Origin: a bacterium
GTDB taxonomy: Bacteria > Zhuqueibacterota > Zhuqueibacteria > Residuimicrobiales > Krinioviventaceae
Direction: 5' to 3'
NCBI GenBank assembly: GCA_963693055.1
Contig: OY843751.1
Coordinates: forward strand, 1,344,001 to 1,408,000
Length of the DNA: 64,000 nt
Under the pieces are notes generated by a model. That model was not told where the DNA came from, made no database searches, and saw only the letters and a list, made by a program, of their open reading frames with translations. A program made the translations under genes and the position numbers. How positions within the stretch are numbered: position 1 is the first letter of the stretch; every line of letters begins with the position of its first letter. This document shows positions 1 to 8,863 of the stretch, piece by piece.

Positions 1-2333
1 CCGGATTTTCACCCATCGGTAATAGTAGCACCGAATTTACCGGCTCTTATGACGGCCAGTTATATAGCATTTCCGGATTGACCATCAACCGGTCATCAAC
101 CAGTGATGTCGGATTGTTTGGCCGTACCAGCGGCGCCATTCTGGAAAATATTGCAGTGATCAATGCGGATATTACCGGCAATGACGCTGTGGGTTGTCTG
201 GTGGGTAACAATAGGGCCAGCTCCACAGTAAGCAAAAGTTATTCTACCGGTACTGTCAGCGGTAACATAAATGTTGGGGGTATTACGGGTTTGAACTATA
301 ATGCCAGCCTGGCGCAGTGTTATGTTACGGCCGGTGTTAGCGGCGCCTCGGATGTGGGCGGACTGGTGGGCTCTAATTATATTTCCGCCACAACACAAAA
401 ATGTTATGCCCGGGGTGACGTTACCGGCACATCCAACATTGGCGGACTTGCTGGCTCGAATGCAGGTGGAACGGTCAGCAGATGTTATGCAACCGGTGAG
501 GTCTCGGGCTCATCCAATACCGGCGGACTGGTGGGTAATAACAATAATACAGTTACTGATAGCTTTTACGATGAATGGACCTCTGGGTGTAGCGATACCG
601 GTAAGGGAGAACCTGTAAATACAGTATTTATGAAAATCCACTTGACGTTTACTGATGCCAATTGGGACTTTGCCACAGAGACCGCCAACGGCAGCAACGA
701 TGTCTGGGACATGGATTACAACCAGGCAATAAACAGCGGTTACCCCTACCTGAGCTGGCAGGATGGCAGTAGTGTATCACTCAACTGGACAGCAGCAGCG
801 CCTGCTGACGGTGAGGGCACCAGCGGCGATCCCTACCAGATTGCCAATCTGGAAAATCTTGCCTGGTTGTCACTGTATGCCAATCACTGGGACAAATATT
901 ATATACAAACCGCAAACATTGATGCCTCGGCAACCAGTACCTGGAATGGAGGTGTAGGATTTTCACCCATCGGTAACAATTCTGTATGGTTTACCGGCAA
1001 TTACGACGGTCAATCTTACACTATCACCGGCCTGACCATCGATAGGTCAGGTACCAATAATATAGGTCTGTTTGGTTATACCAACGATGCCGTCATAAAA
1101 AATCTTGGGGTCTTGAGTGTTAATATTACCGGCAACAATAATGTGGGCAGTTTGATAGGCAATTTAAACGCCGGTACTGTAAAAAAGTGTTACTCTAACG
1201 GTAGTGTTTCCGGCAATGCCAAGGTTGGTGGTCTGGCAGGGTCCAACAACAGTGGGCTGCTTGGTCAGTGTTTTGCCAATACTGGTGTTTCGGGCGCTAC
1301 CGATATAGGTGGACTGGTGGGATACAACAACTATTCCTCTGATGTTAATAACTGTTATGCCAAAGGCAGTGTTTCCGGCACATCAAATGTGGGCGGTCTT
1401 GCCGGTTCAAATGTCTCATCAGCCATCCTGAATAAAAGTTATGCCAAAGGCAGTGTCTCCGGTTCTTCTGCCTCGGGTGGTCTGGTGGGTTTTAATGCTG
1501 GCGATGTGATTTTTTGCTTTTACGATTTAGAAACCACAGGGTGTAACGATACCGGCAAAGGCATACCCAAGTCTACAACAGATATGAAAATCCTGTCCAC
1601 ATTTACGGATGCGGACTGGGATTTTGAAGCAGAAACGGCTAACGGCAACAATGATTTTTGGGACCTGGATTGCAGTTGTTCCATAAACAATGGCTATCCC
1701 TTTCTCTCATGGTTAAATGGAGAAGATGTGGCCCTGCCCGTGGAATTGTACAGCTTTACAGCTGTTTGTGATAATGGCATAGTGATACTTGAATGGCAAA
1801 CCGCCAGTGAACGCGACAACCTGGGTTTTATACTTGAGCGACGAGATGAAAACAGCAACTGGCAGGAAATCAATTCTTACAAGATGTGTCAGACTCTGCA
1901 AGGGCAGGGAACAACTCCCTCGGAAACGGAATATTCCTACATTGATGATACGATTTCTCCCGGAAATACCTATACCTACCGTCTTTTGGATGTAAATACC
2001 AGTGGTGCGATAAATGTACTCGCATCTATATTGGTTAAAGTGGAATCTATTCCAACGACAACGCAATTATACCCTGCGTATCCGAATCCGTTCAATCCAT
2101 CTACAACCATCAGGTATGATCTGGCAAAAGACGGATATGTGAGTATTGCTGTATATGATGTGCTGGGCAGGCAGGTCAGGTCACTGTTTAACGGTGAGCA
2201 GGCTGCGGGGAGTTTTGATCTGCAATGGAACGGTCTCGATGATCTGGGTTGCCAGGTTTCGAGCGGTATTTATCTCGTTCGTTTTCAGACTGGTAATTTT
2301 ACCCGGACCCAAAAGGTTATGTTTGTAAAATAG
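1..2333 (+). CDS. Secreted GLUG-repeat (beta-helix) protein with LPVEL Ig-like domain and T9SS/FlgD-type C-terminal domain; 5'-truncated by the window
   Basis: Repeated VGGLVGxN/GxVSG GLUG motifs and a YPNPFNPSTTI C-terminus. The frame is open from the window start (GFSPIGN motif at about 3-23), so the real start lies upstream of base 1. Confidence 0.85.
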   Translation, partial: GFSPIGNSSTEFTGSYDGQLYSISGLTINRSSTSDVGLFGRTSGAILENIAVINADITGNDAVGCLVGNNRASSTVSKSYSTGTVSGNINVGGITGLNYNASLAQCYVTAGVSGASDVGGLVGSNYISATTQKCYARGDVTGTSNIGGLAGSNAGGTVSRCYATGEVSGSSNTGGLVGNNNNTVTDSFYDEWTSGCSDTGKGEPVNTVFMKIHLTFTDANWDFATETANGSNDVWDMDYNQAINSGYPYLSWQDGSSVSLNWTAAAPADGEGTSGDPYQIANLENLAWLSLYANHWDKYYIQTANIDASATSTWNGGVGFSPIGNNSVWFTGNYDGQSYTITGLTIDRSGTNNIGLFGYTNDAVIKNLGVLSVNITGNNNVGSLIGNLNAGTVKKCYSNGSVSGNAKVGGLAGSNNSGLLGQCFANTGVSGATDIGGLVGYNNYSSDVNNCYAKGSVSGTSNVGGLAGSNVSSAILNKSYAKGSVSGSSASGGLVGFNAGDVIFCFYDLETTGCNDTGKGIPKSTTDMKILSTFTDADWDFEAETANGNNDFWDLDCSCSINNGYPFLSWLNGEDVALPVELYSFTAVCDNGIVILEWQTASERDNLGFILERRDENSNWQEINSYKMCQTLQGQGTTPSETEYSYIDDTISPGNTYTYRLLDVNTSGAINVLASILVKVESIPTTTQLYPAYPNPFNPSTTIRYDLAKDGYVSIAVYDVLGRQVRSLFNGEQAAGSFDLQWNGLDDLGCQVSSGIYLVRFQTGNFTRTQKVMFVK

Positions 2334-2394
2334 TATCATATGACCAGAGGAGAAAAAGAAATTTATAAAACCCCCTAAAAATACAACGGAGCGT

Positions 2395-2421
2395 CAGATC
2401 ATTAATAAATTTGGTGATCTG
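2395..2421 (-). terminator. Hairpin downstream of the element A genes
   Basis: CAGATCATTAA-taaat-TTGGTGATCTG imperfect stem about 40 bp after the 2459 stop. Confidence 0.4.
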
Positions 2422-2458
2422 TCATTCTGAAAGTAATAAAAGGGAAATATAAAAGCAA

Positions 2459-3283
2459 CTAATTGTTCTTTGAAAGATTCAACTGACTCCTTTGATTTTT
2501 AATTTTATCAGGCAAAAGATCAACATATTGTTGTATGACACGTTTGGAAAGTCTTGCCAGCTGGCTGATTTGATCAAGGTTTTTAATGTCATGCTTCCAA
2601 AGTAATTCAACACGATGGTAATCTTTGATATACCTGTCAACCGCTTCGTTGCTGTGTTTGGTTTTCAAAGCGATTTCGGGAGTGAGATATCCCTCAAGAT
2701 ACAGAGTGATAATTTCGCGTTTATGAGTAATAGCGCCGGAAAGATCATGGATGTTGCCACGCGTTGGTAAGAGATGCCCTTCTTTTTGGATTTCATTTAC
2801 ATATTTACTGACAACGGCATCACAGACACCGAGTAACATAGCCAGGTCAAGTTGAGTAAGCAGAGCACCTTGATCAAAAGCTTCATCAACCCAACGTTTG
2901 AGGCGTCTTTTCCTTAAAGTTTTGGAATCAAAACCATGCGCGATATGAGAAGTATCCTGATCAGTAATGAAAGAGAGGACAACGGGTTTCATTCGGGTAG
3001 CGGCAATACTTTTTCCGCGTTTGGGGTATTCATCGACAGGAACAGCCATCCAGACGAGTTGCCCATAGTGAATATGGTGCAAGTCATCATCAATAGAGGA
3101 GACAAGGAAATAGTCATCAATGATTTTAAGGATATCATCAATGATGGCATTGGCAGTGATGGCTCCTTTGTCATAGCCATAGCTATTCAAAAAGTTGTAC
3201 AGTAGTAACTGCTTGAGATCTTTATCTTTAAGTCGTCTCATTTTTTTGAGTTGAATTTGTTCTTTAGTCAAAGGTTTACTCAT
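2459..3283 (-). CDS. DUF1670-family protein, B-type subunit (element A)
   Basis: GALLTQLDLAMLL HTH, then TRG..HD, THK..II.LY..G and HS...RY motifs. The ATG at 3283 has a GGAGG RBS (3292-3296); the frame stays open back to 3337. Confidence 0.75.
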   Translation of the reverse strand: MSKPLTKEQIQLKKMRRLKDKDLKQLLLYNFLNSYGYDKGAITANAIIDDILKIIDDYFLVSSIDDDLHHIHYGQLVWMAVPVDEYPKRGKSIAATRMKPVVLSFITDQDTSHIAHGFDSKTLRKRRLKRWVDEAFDQGALLTQLDLAMLLGVCDAVVSKYVNEIQKEGHLLPTRGNIHDLSGAITHKREIITLYLEGYLTPEIALKTKHSNEAVDRYIKDYHRVELLWKHDIKNLDQISQLARLSKRVIQQYVDLLPDKIKNQRSQLNLSKNN

Positions 3284-4115
3284 TTTCTTTGCCTCCTGAT
3301 AGATGTTGAGGAATGGATTTTTTTTTCGCGTCGCCACCAGGTTCCGCAGGAGATAACAGATCGTTTAATCGCGTATTGTTTTGTTGAAGATAGGTTTGGT
3401 AGAGTTGGATATACTCGCGCACCAGGCGGTCGGATTTCTTTGCAATGAGTCGAATCTGGTTCGGAGAGAAATTTTCCTTGTATAAAAGGGCGATCTGCAT
3501 AAAGTCAGCGAGGTAACGTTTGATGCTGGTTTCAGAATGATTGGTTTTTTGTTCTATTTCTGAAAAGGTATAACCTTTAAGATACAGATCAATAATGATG
3601 GTTTTATGAGACAGTCCGGGACCCATGTCATGTTTCATACCTCGTGTCATGATAAACATACCGTGATGACGGAGATGATAAATGTCACGTTTAACAGTGG
3701 CCGGACTGGTGGTTAAAAGCATTGCCAGGTCTTCATAGCTGAGTAAAGCACCCTGATCATAGGCTTGTCGAGTCAGACGGGCGATCCGGTGTCGTCTAAG
3801 TCCGGCAAGGCCATAATTAGCCAGGGCTTGCAGATCTGTATTAAAGTCAATTAGTTTGAGACGGACCGTAAGCTTTCGGGTTAATCTGATATGTTTGCCG
3901 GCTGGTTCTTCAGCGGCAACAGCTTCATAAGCGACTTCACCTCCTGATAATGAAATGTTGGAATGTTCCTGAAAGTATTGGTCAAATTGTTGATAGTAAG
4001 CTTCGGCAATAATAGGAGTCAAATTGAAATCCTGAGACAGTTTTTGGACAATAGCGTTTTTAGCTGTCTTGGATTCGAGTCTTTTTAAACCATAATTATT
4101 TTTAACATCTGCCAT
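3276..4115 (-). CDS. DUF1670-family protein, A-type subunit (element A)
   Basis: GALLSYEDLAMLLTTSPATVKRDI HTH, TRGMKHDMG, SHK and HSETSIKRY motifs; AAGGAG RBS. Confidence 0.75.
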   Translation of the reverse strand: MADVKNNYGLKRLESKTAKNAIVQKLSQDFNLTPIIAEAYYQQFDQYFQEHSNISLSGGEVAYEAVAAEEPAGKHIRLTRKLTVRLKLIDFNTDLQALANYGLAGLRRHRIARLTRQAYDQGALLSYEDLAMLLTTSPATVKRDIYHLRHHGMFIMTRGMKHDMGPGLSHKTIIIDLYLKGYTFSEIEQKTNHSETSIKRYLADFMQIALLYKENFSPNQIRLIAKKSDRLVREYIQLYQTYLQQNNTRLNDLLSPAEPGGDAKKKSIPQHLSGGKENE

Positions 4116-4215
4116 AAGAATCTCCTTATTTCTGTTTTTATTAAAACAATGATTCCTATGGTCATATGCACTAAACTTTAAATAATTATATTTTGATAAA
4201 GGTAAGGGGCAAAGC

Positions 4216-4246
4216 GTGCCAGGGATACTTATTGCATCACTGGCAC
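4216..4246. terminator. Hairpin in the 90-bp spacer between the two elements; probably the original terminator of the convergent flanking genes
   Basis: GTGCCAG.GAT...ATC.CTGGCAC stem followed by a T-rich tract. Confidence 0.55.
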
Positions 4247-4311
4247 TTGTTTTATTTACGTTTAGGAAATATTTCCGGTAGGTTGTTTTTAAGATTAGAA
4301 CATTTATTCAT

Positions 4312-4362
4312 TTTTTCAGCTAACGAAAGGAGCTCGTAGGGCGACTGGAGTTAGCTGAAAAA
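4312..4362 (-). terminator. 13-bp stem-loop inside element B, downstream of its genes
   Basis: TTTTTCAGCTAAC (4312-4324) pairs with GTTAGCTGAAAAA (4350-4362); 25-nt loop. Confidence 0.5.
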
Positions 4363-4399
4363 CAATGACAACCTAACCTATTAATTCCTTTTCAAATTT

Positions 4400-5215
4400 T
4401 CAAGTTTTCTTTTGTATTAAATCTGAATGATAATGATAAACCAGATCACGATATTGTAATATTGTACTCCGTCCTAATCCGGTTATTCTTACCATTTCCA
4501 TTAAATTAAAACCTTTTTCCAATAATGATTTTACGTTCTTGTAACTCTTTAAATACCGACTCGTTGATTCAATTGTGTGATTTGTAATCCGGGCGATATC
4601 CGGTTCGGGATATCCCTGCTCGTACAAATCTATAATTGCGGCTTTATGCGTCGGCTTACTGCCCTGATCCAGCATCATTCCTTTAGTCGGCAATATATCA
4701 TCATGCGTTTCATGATAAATTGTCATATACCGACCAATAGTGTTTAATGAGCGATTCAACAATACACTGAGTTCTGCACCTGTCAACCAGCCGCCCTGTT
4801 CTGCCGCACTCTTGCATAACCGCGCCATTACTTTAATATCCCGTTCTGTTTGTTTTTCATAATTAGCACTGCCATCTTTTGGGGGATAAGAATAATGGCT
4901 TTTGATACGATTGTCAATATCCGCATCTGTTACCAACGGTAGCACAACTGTCTGAACCTCATAATCTTCCGCTTTTGTGCCATAACTTGGCTTTCGGTTT
5001 GTCGCTTTGGTTGTCCGCCAGATAATCTGACCAAAACTTTTCTTTTCCAGCTCTGGATAAAATTCATTTTGCAATGCGACAATATCTTCTGCAATCATCC
5101 GGATGACTTTGTGGCTTCCCAGCATTTTATAATTTTCTTCCAGTAATCGAATAATCGCATTTTGAAAGCTACGCTTAGCTATTGATTCATAACGATTTAA
5201 AGGCTTAGTCTTCAT
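4400..5215 (-). CDS. DUF1670-family protein, B-type subunit (element B)
   Basis: GGWLTGAELSVLL HTH, TKG..LDQG, THK..IIDLYEQG and HTIESTSRY motifs; AAGGAGG RBS. Confidence 0.75.
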   Translation of the reverse strand: MKTKPLNRYESIAKRSFQNAIIRLLEENYKMLGSHKVIRMIAEDIVALQNEFYPELEKKSFGQIIWRTTKATNRKPSYGTKAEDYEVQTVVLPLVTDADIDNRIKSHYSYPPKDGSANYEKQTERDIKVMARLCKSAAEQGGWLTGAELSVLLNRSLNTIGRYMTIYHETHDDILPTKGMMLDQGSKPTHKAAIIDLYEQGYPEPDIARITNHTIESTSRYLKSYKNVKSLLEKGFNLMEMVRITGLGRSTILQYRDLVYHYHSDLIQKKT

Positions 5216-6032
5216 CGATCCCCTCCTTGGTTTGTTTTTTTTTCGAGGGGTATAACACCTTTAATTGCTCCAATAACTCTACATAGATCGGCGGCCATTT
5301 GTCACCCTGTTTATGATGCTCAAAAATATCCAGGTACTCACGGGTCAAACGCTCACTTTGGCCTAATAACCGACTGATCTCTTTGATATCCTGCATACCA
5401 TGATTCAGTAATAACAACAGCCTGCCAAAGCTGCACACATATCGTTTTATTGAAAACGCGCTATGACGACTTTTACGAATAATTGCATCGTATGTGTCTC
5501 CCTGCAAATACAGTTCAATAATGTGGCTTTTGTGTGACAAGCTCCGACCGATGTCATGGTCTGTTCCGCGCGTGTGAATAAAGTTGCCATCAGTCTGCAA
5601 AGACTTTATATCCTGGCGTACAGTGCGGCTCGTAACCTGGAGGATCCGGGCCAAATCCTCTTGTGTCAAAGAACCTTCCTGATCCCAGGCTTCTTCGGTC
5701 AATCGTAAGACCTTTAACTGGCGCAGTGCCTTGGGACCGCTTTCTTTTAATACATTTAAATCTTCTACACCGGCATCCAGTGTTAACTCTACTTCTTTCA
5801 ATTCCTGCTCACCCAGGGGCTTGCCATGTTTTGCCTTGGTGGATGCGCAGATATATTTTATTTTACCAACTGTCTGGGGAACCTCGCCAAATAAACACTG
5901 CTTGGCTAAATCCAATATCCCTTTACTTTCTGCCGGTGATAATTCAAATTCTTTTCGTAAAGAATTGATGAATACTTGCTCGGGTGTTTTTTCTAATATC
6001 CTGTCATACAAACTACTACGAGTATTGTACAT
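5205..6032 (-). CDS. DUF1670-family protein, A-type subunit (element B)
   Basis: GSLTQEDLARILQVTSRTVRQDI HTH, TRGTDHDIG, SHK and HSAFSIKRY motifs; GGAGG RBS. Confidence 0.75.
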   Translation of the reverse strand: MYNTRSSLYDRILEKTPEQVFINSLRKEFELSPAESKGILDLAKQCLFGEVPQTVGKIKYICASTKAKHGKPLGEQELKEVELTLDAGVEDLNVLKESGPKALRQLKVLRLTEEAWDQEGSLTQEDLARILQVTSRTVRQDIKSLQTDGNFIHTRGTDHDIGRSLSHKSHIIELYLQGDTYDAIIRKSRHSAFSIKRYVCSFGRLLLLLNHGMQDIKEISRLLGQSERLTREYLDIFEHHKQGDKWPPIYVELLEQLKVLYPSKKKQTKEGIDED

Positions 6033-6137
6033 TTGTCCTCCGGTAAGTTTTGAAATCTTTGTTTGACTTCCGGTTACTTCTAGTAAATACTATATGAAAT
6101 AACCGCCTTTTTTCCAAAACCTACCGGAAAATTTTCC

Positions 6138-8645
6138 TTATTTCACAAACAAAGCTTTTCTGATTTTAATACAATTTCCTGTTTCCAGTTTGTAAAAATA
6201 TATGCCGCTTGAAAGATCCTCCGCATTCATCATGTAGGTGTATACTCCCGCTCCTTTTTGTTCGTTCACAAGTTCACGAACTTTTTCCCCCAATACATTA
6301 TACAGGGTCAGTTTTACATTTGATTTGTAGGGTACAGCATAGTTGATTGTTGTTGTCGGGTTAAAGGGATTGGGATAGTTTTGCTCTAATCTAAACCGAG
6401 TGGGGATTGCCGTATCCTTCTCTCTGGAATCGATGCGAGTATAAACAGGAGGCTCTTCCGGTACCCAGTCATAGCTGAAACGAGGATTAGATGTTTTTGC
6501 AAAAATGTTTTCAAGGGTATATTCGGCAGCTTCTTCATCGGATAGTTGTCTGGATATAGGAGTTCTATATGTTGTATCCGCACCTTCACCGTAACAGTTG
6601 TATTCTGCGTATAATGCCGGTGGCACATTCCAGGCCGACCATCCCACTAGTGAAAGAGCTGCAGGCTCTTGCGTATTGATGAATACCGTGCGTGGCGCTC
6701 CCTGCCAGGGGCGACCCAGCACAAAAGTATAAATCTCTTTGCCATCAAACCCAATATTATCATTACTAATGATACAATCTTTGAATACATAACCGAATTT
6801 GGAATCTGCTTCTGTGGCTGCTGCTGTCAGGGCTCCACCGTTTCGGTTGATGTGAATTTCGCAGCTATCAAACAGCACAATATTACGTCCGAAAATAAAA
6901 TCAACCGATCCTTCAATGTAGCAGTTTTTCATATAGGTCCTGCCTGTACCCCGGCCACCCCAGGTATAGTAAGTGTCCTGATATCCGAGCAGTCTGCAGT
7001 TATAATAGCTTTGCCGGTCTCCGTTTACACGTAGAGCAACCGCCTGTTGGTCTTCAAAACTACCGTCATTCATTACAGTGTTCTGAAAAGTAATATTAAC
7101 TGCTGTAAAGTCATCCGCATCAATTGCTGTGCTGTACGAATTGGAGGTGCCGCCTGCTTTGCCAGCATAATCATCAAATGTGAGTATGGTACTGTCCGCA
7201 TTTTCACCCCGAAGCGTTACATTGAGCTTTTCTCTGTCAAGTAGCAGCTTTTCGTAATATACTCCATTTTTGATATAAATATAATAATTACCGGTATATT
7301 TGTCCGGAATGTTATCAAACGCTTGCTGAACAGTAGTATAATCTCCATTGCCCGAATGGTCAACCACTTTATAGACATCCGGTTGGGGAGCCAGAGTAGT
7401 GAATTCGCGGACCGATCCATAACCGGTCCCGGCGCTATTGGTAGCATACGCACAGACGTAATAGGTTGTGGTTTCCTGCAAGGGGTAGATCAAGCTGTTA
7501 AAGGCTGACATGCCGTCACCTTCTATGTTATAACTGTCATCCAGAGTAGGGGAGCCGGTAGTATTCCACACCAGACCTTTCGCGGTAATTTCGGCGCCGC
7601 CCCAGTCAATAACACTGCCGCCGCATTCAGCGGTTTCTACACGTACATTAGAAACACCGGCAGTAAATACCCAGGGAACATCTAATGAATCAAGGGTTTT
7701 GAATGTAATTTCTTCTCCATAAGCAGTACCTGCGGCATTTATAGCATATGCTTTGGCAAAATATTCTGTACCGGGAGTTAGGCCCGTCAAATGACTTGTA
7801 AAGGCACCAGAGCCGGTTCCATCTGATGTGTGATTGTTTTCGATAGTGGGGGAACCTGTGGTATTCCAAACAACACCACGTTGAGTAATTTGTGCGCCAC
7901 CATCAGATTCAATATCACCTCCGCAGGTGCAATAAGTGGTGGAAACAAATGTAGCATCTTCCGTAGAGAGACTGGCTAAATCGTATTCAATTTCACCTTC
8001 CACAGTGCCACTAATTTTGACATCTTTTAATAAAAGATATTTACCGGTAAGGCCGCTGGTTTGATTGTGGACCCAGGGATAGACTCGCAGGTAAAAAGTT
8101 CTATCGCCAGGGATCTGTACATTTAAATTCAAGGATACTGTATGCAACGAGTCGGCACGTAATATATATCCGTTGCTTTCAAGCACAAGAGAAGCAGGGA
8201 TTTCTTCAAATGTATTGAAATCAGGATCCTGTGAGTAAAGAATACGGGCTTTAAGATAGTTGGTATAGTCCGCTCCAATTTTTAAAGAAGTGTTTTTGAT
8301 TGTGAGATCTGTGCCGCTCATTGCGGATACGGCAAACTGTGTATAAACCGATTCAATGATGTCGGTTTGATTCTCCGGCCATTGTGTGGCTCCACCCGGG
8401 GGACGGTTGTCGCTGCGTTGGCTGTTTTTGGCACCGGTGTAACTATTTACGCGCATACCAACGAATTGCTGATCCACTGCATCTATAGGGCCGGAGGTCA
8501 AAACGGTTAGTCCGCTACCTTCTGTCGCTGGATCACTCAACTCCCACAATGCATATGCAGAGGTGGTTTCATTTACCTCTTGTCCAAAACTATTACCGGT
8601 AATGAAAAGAGTACAAAATAACAAAAGAAATGTTTGTCGATTCAT
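6138..8645 (-). CDS. Secreted pectin methylesterase (CE8) with FN3-like repeats and T9SS-type CTD
   Basis: CE8 motifs GVYYEK, QAVALRV, GYQDTYY, YIEGSVDFIFG and LGRPW; signal peptide; YPNPFNPTT C-terminus. Confidence 0.9.
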   Translation of the reverse strand: MNRQTFLLLFCTLFITGNSFGQEVNETTSAYALWELSDPATEGSGLTVLTSGPIDAVDQQFVGMRVNSYTGAKNSQRSDNRPPGGATQWPENQTDIIESVYTQFAVSAMSGTDLTIKNTSLKIGADYTNYLKARILYSQDPDFNTFEEIPASLVLESNGYILRADSLHTVSLNLNVQIPGDRTFYLRVYPWVHNQTSGLTGKYLLLKDVKISGTVEGEIEYDLASLSTEDATFVSTTYCTCGGDIESDGGAQITQRGVVWNTTGSPTIENNHTSDGTGSGAFTSHLTGLTPGTEYFAKAYAINAAGTAYGEEITFKTLDSLDVPWVFTAGVSNVRVETAECGGSVIDWGGAEITAKGLVWNTTGSPTLDDSYNIEGDGMSAFNSLIYPLQETTTYYVCAYATNSAGTGYGSVREFTTLAPQPDVYKVVDHSGNGDYTTVQQAFDNIPDKYTGNYYIYIKNGVYYEKLLLDREKLNVTLRGENADSTILTFDDYAGKAGGTSNSYSTAIDADDFTAVNITFQNTVMNDGSFEDQQAVALRVNGDRQSYYNCRLLGYQDTYYTWGGRGTGRTYMKNCYIEGSVDFIFGRNIVLFDSCEIHINRNGGALTAAATEADSKFGYVFKDCIISNDNIGFDGKEIYTFVLGRPWQGAPRTVFINTQEPAALSLVGWSAWNVPPALYAEYNCYGEGADTTYRTPISRQLSDEEAAEYTLENIFAKTSNPRFSYDWVPEEPPVYTRIDSREKDTAIPTRFRLEQNYPNPFNPTTTINYAVPYKSNVKLTLYNVLGEKVRELVNEQKGAGVYTYMMNAEDLSSGIYFYKLETGNCIKIRKALFVK

Positions 8646-8802
8646 GAGATTACCCTCAAGTTGAAATACGACCCCAATACTGATTTGTGATATATTGATT
8701 ATAATGAATTTTCATTCAATGAGCAAGGGGATATCCTTTTTTTTTACCGGTGATTGAAAAAACTGTTGGTCGATTCCGTTTATAATCAATTACCCTATGA
8801 CG

Positions 8803-8841
8803 TGCGACATATGTACTGGTTTTTGCGACATGTGTACTTGG
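8803..8841 (+). promoter_or_regulatory. Direct-repeat operator (TGCGACAT x2, 21-bp period), copy 1
   Basis: TGCGACATATGTACTGGTTTTTGCGACATGTGTACTTGG, near-identical to the reverse complements of 49621-49659 and 56131-56169. Confidence 0.75.
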
Positions 8842-8863
8842 TTCCATAAGTTTTTTATAATTA

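Larger units (their letters stand above)
2333..4171 (-). mobile_element. Putative IS-like element A carrying a DUF1670 gene pair
   Basis: Inverted repeats CATATGACCAGAGGA (2337-2351) and TCCTATGGTCATATG (4154-4168) match 14/15, extending to GT...AC ends with a 1-nt gap. Flanked by TA at 2331-2332 and 4172-4173. Removing it restores a TAA stop for the upstream gene. Confidence 0.7.
4265..6137 (-). mobile_element. Putative IS-like element B carrying a DUF1670 gene pair
   Basis: 20-bp terminal inverted repeats GGAAATATTTCCGGTAGGTT (4265-4284) and AACCTACCGGAAAATTTTCC (6118-6137) match 18/20. TTA direct repeat on both flanks (4262-4264 and 6138-6140); the right copy is the stop codon of the pectinesterase gene. 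Confidence 0.8.

Noticed and set aside
4312-4362. Possible guide or bridge ncRNA inside element B
   Set aside because: Only one stem-loop, no counterpart sequence in element A, and I see no complementarity to the target site; treated as a terminator.
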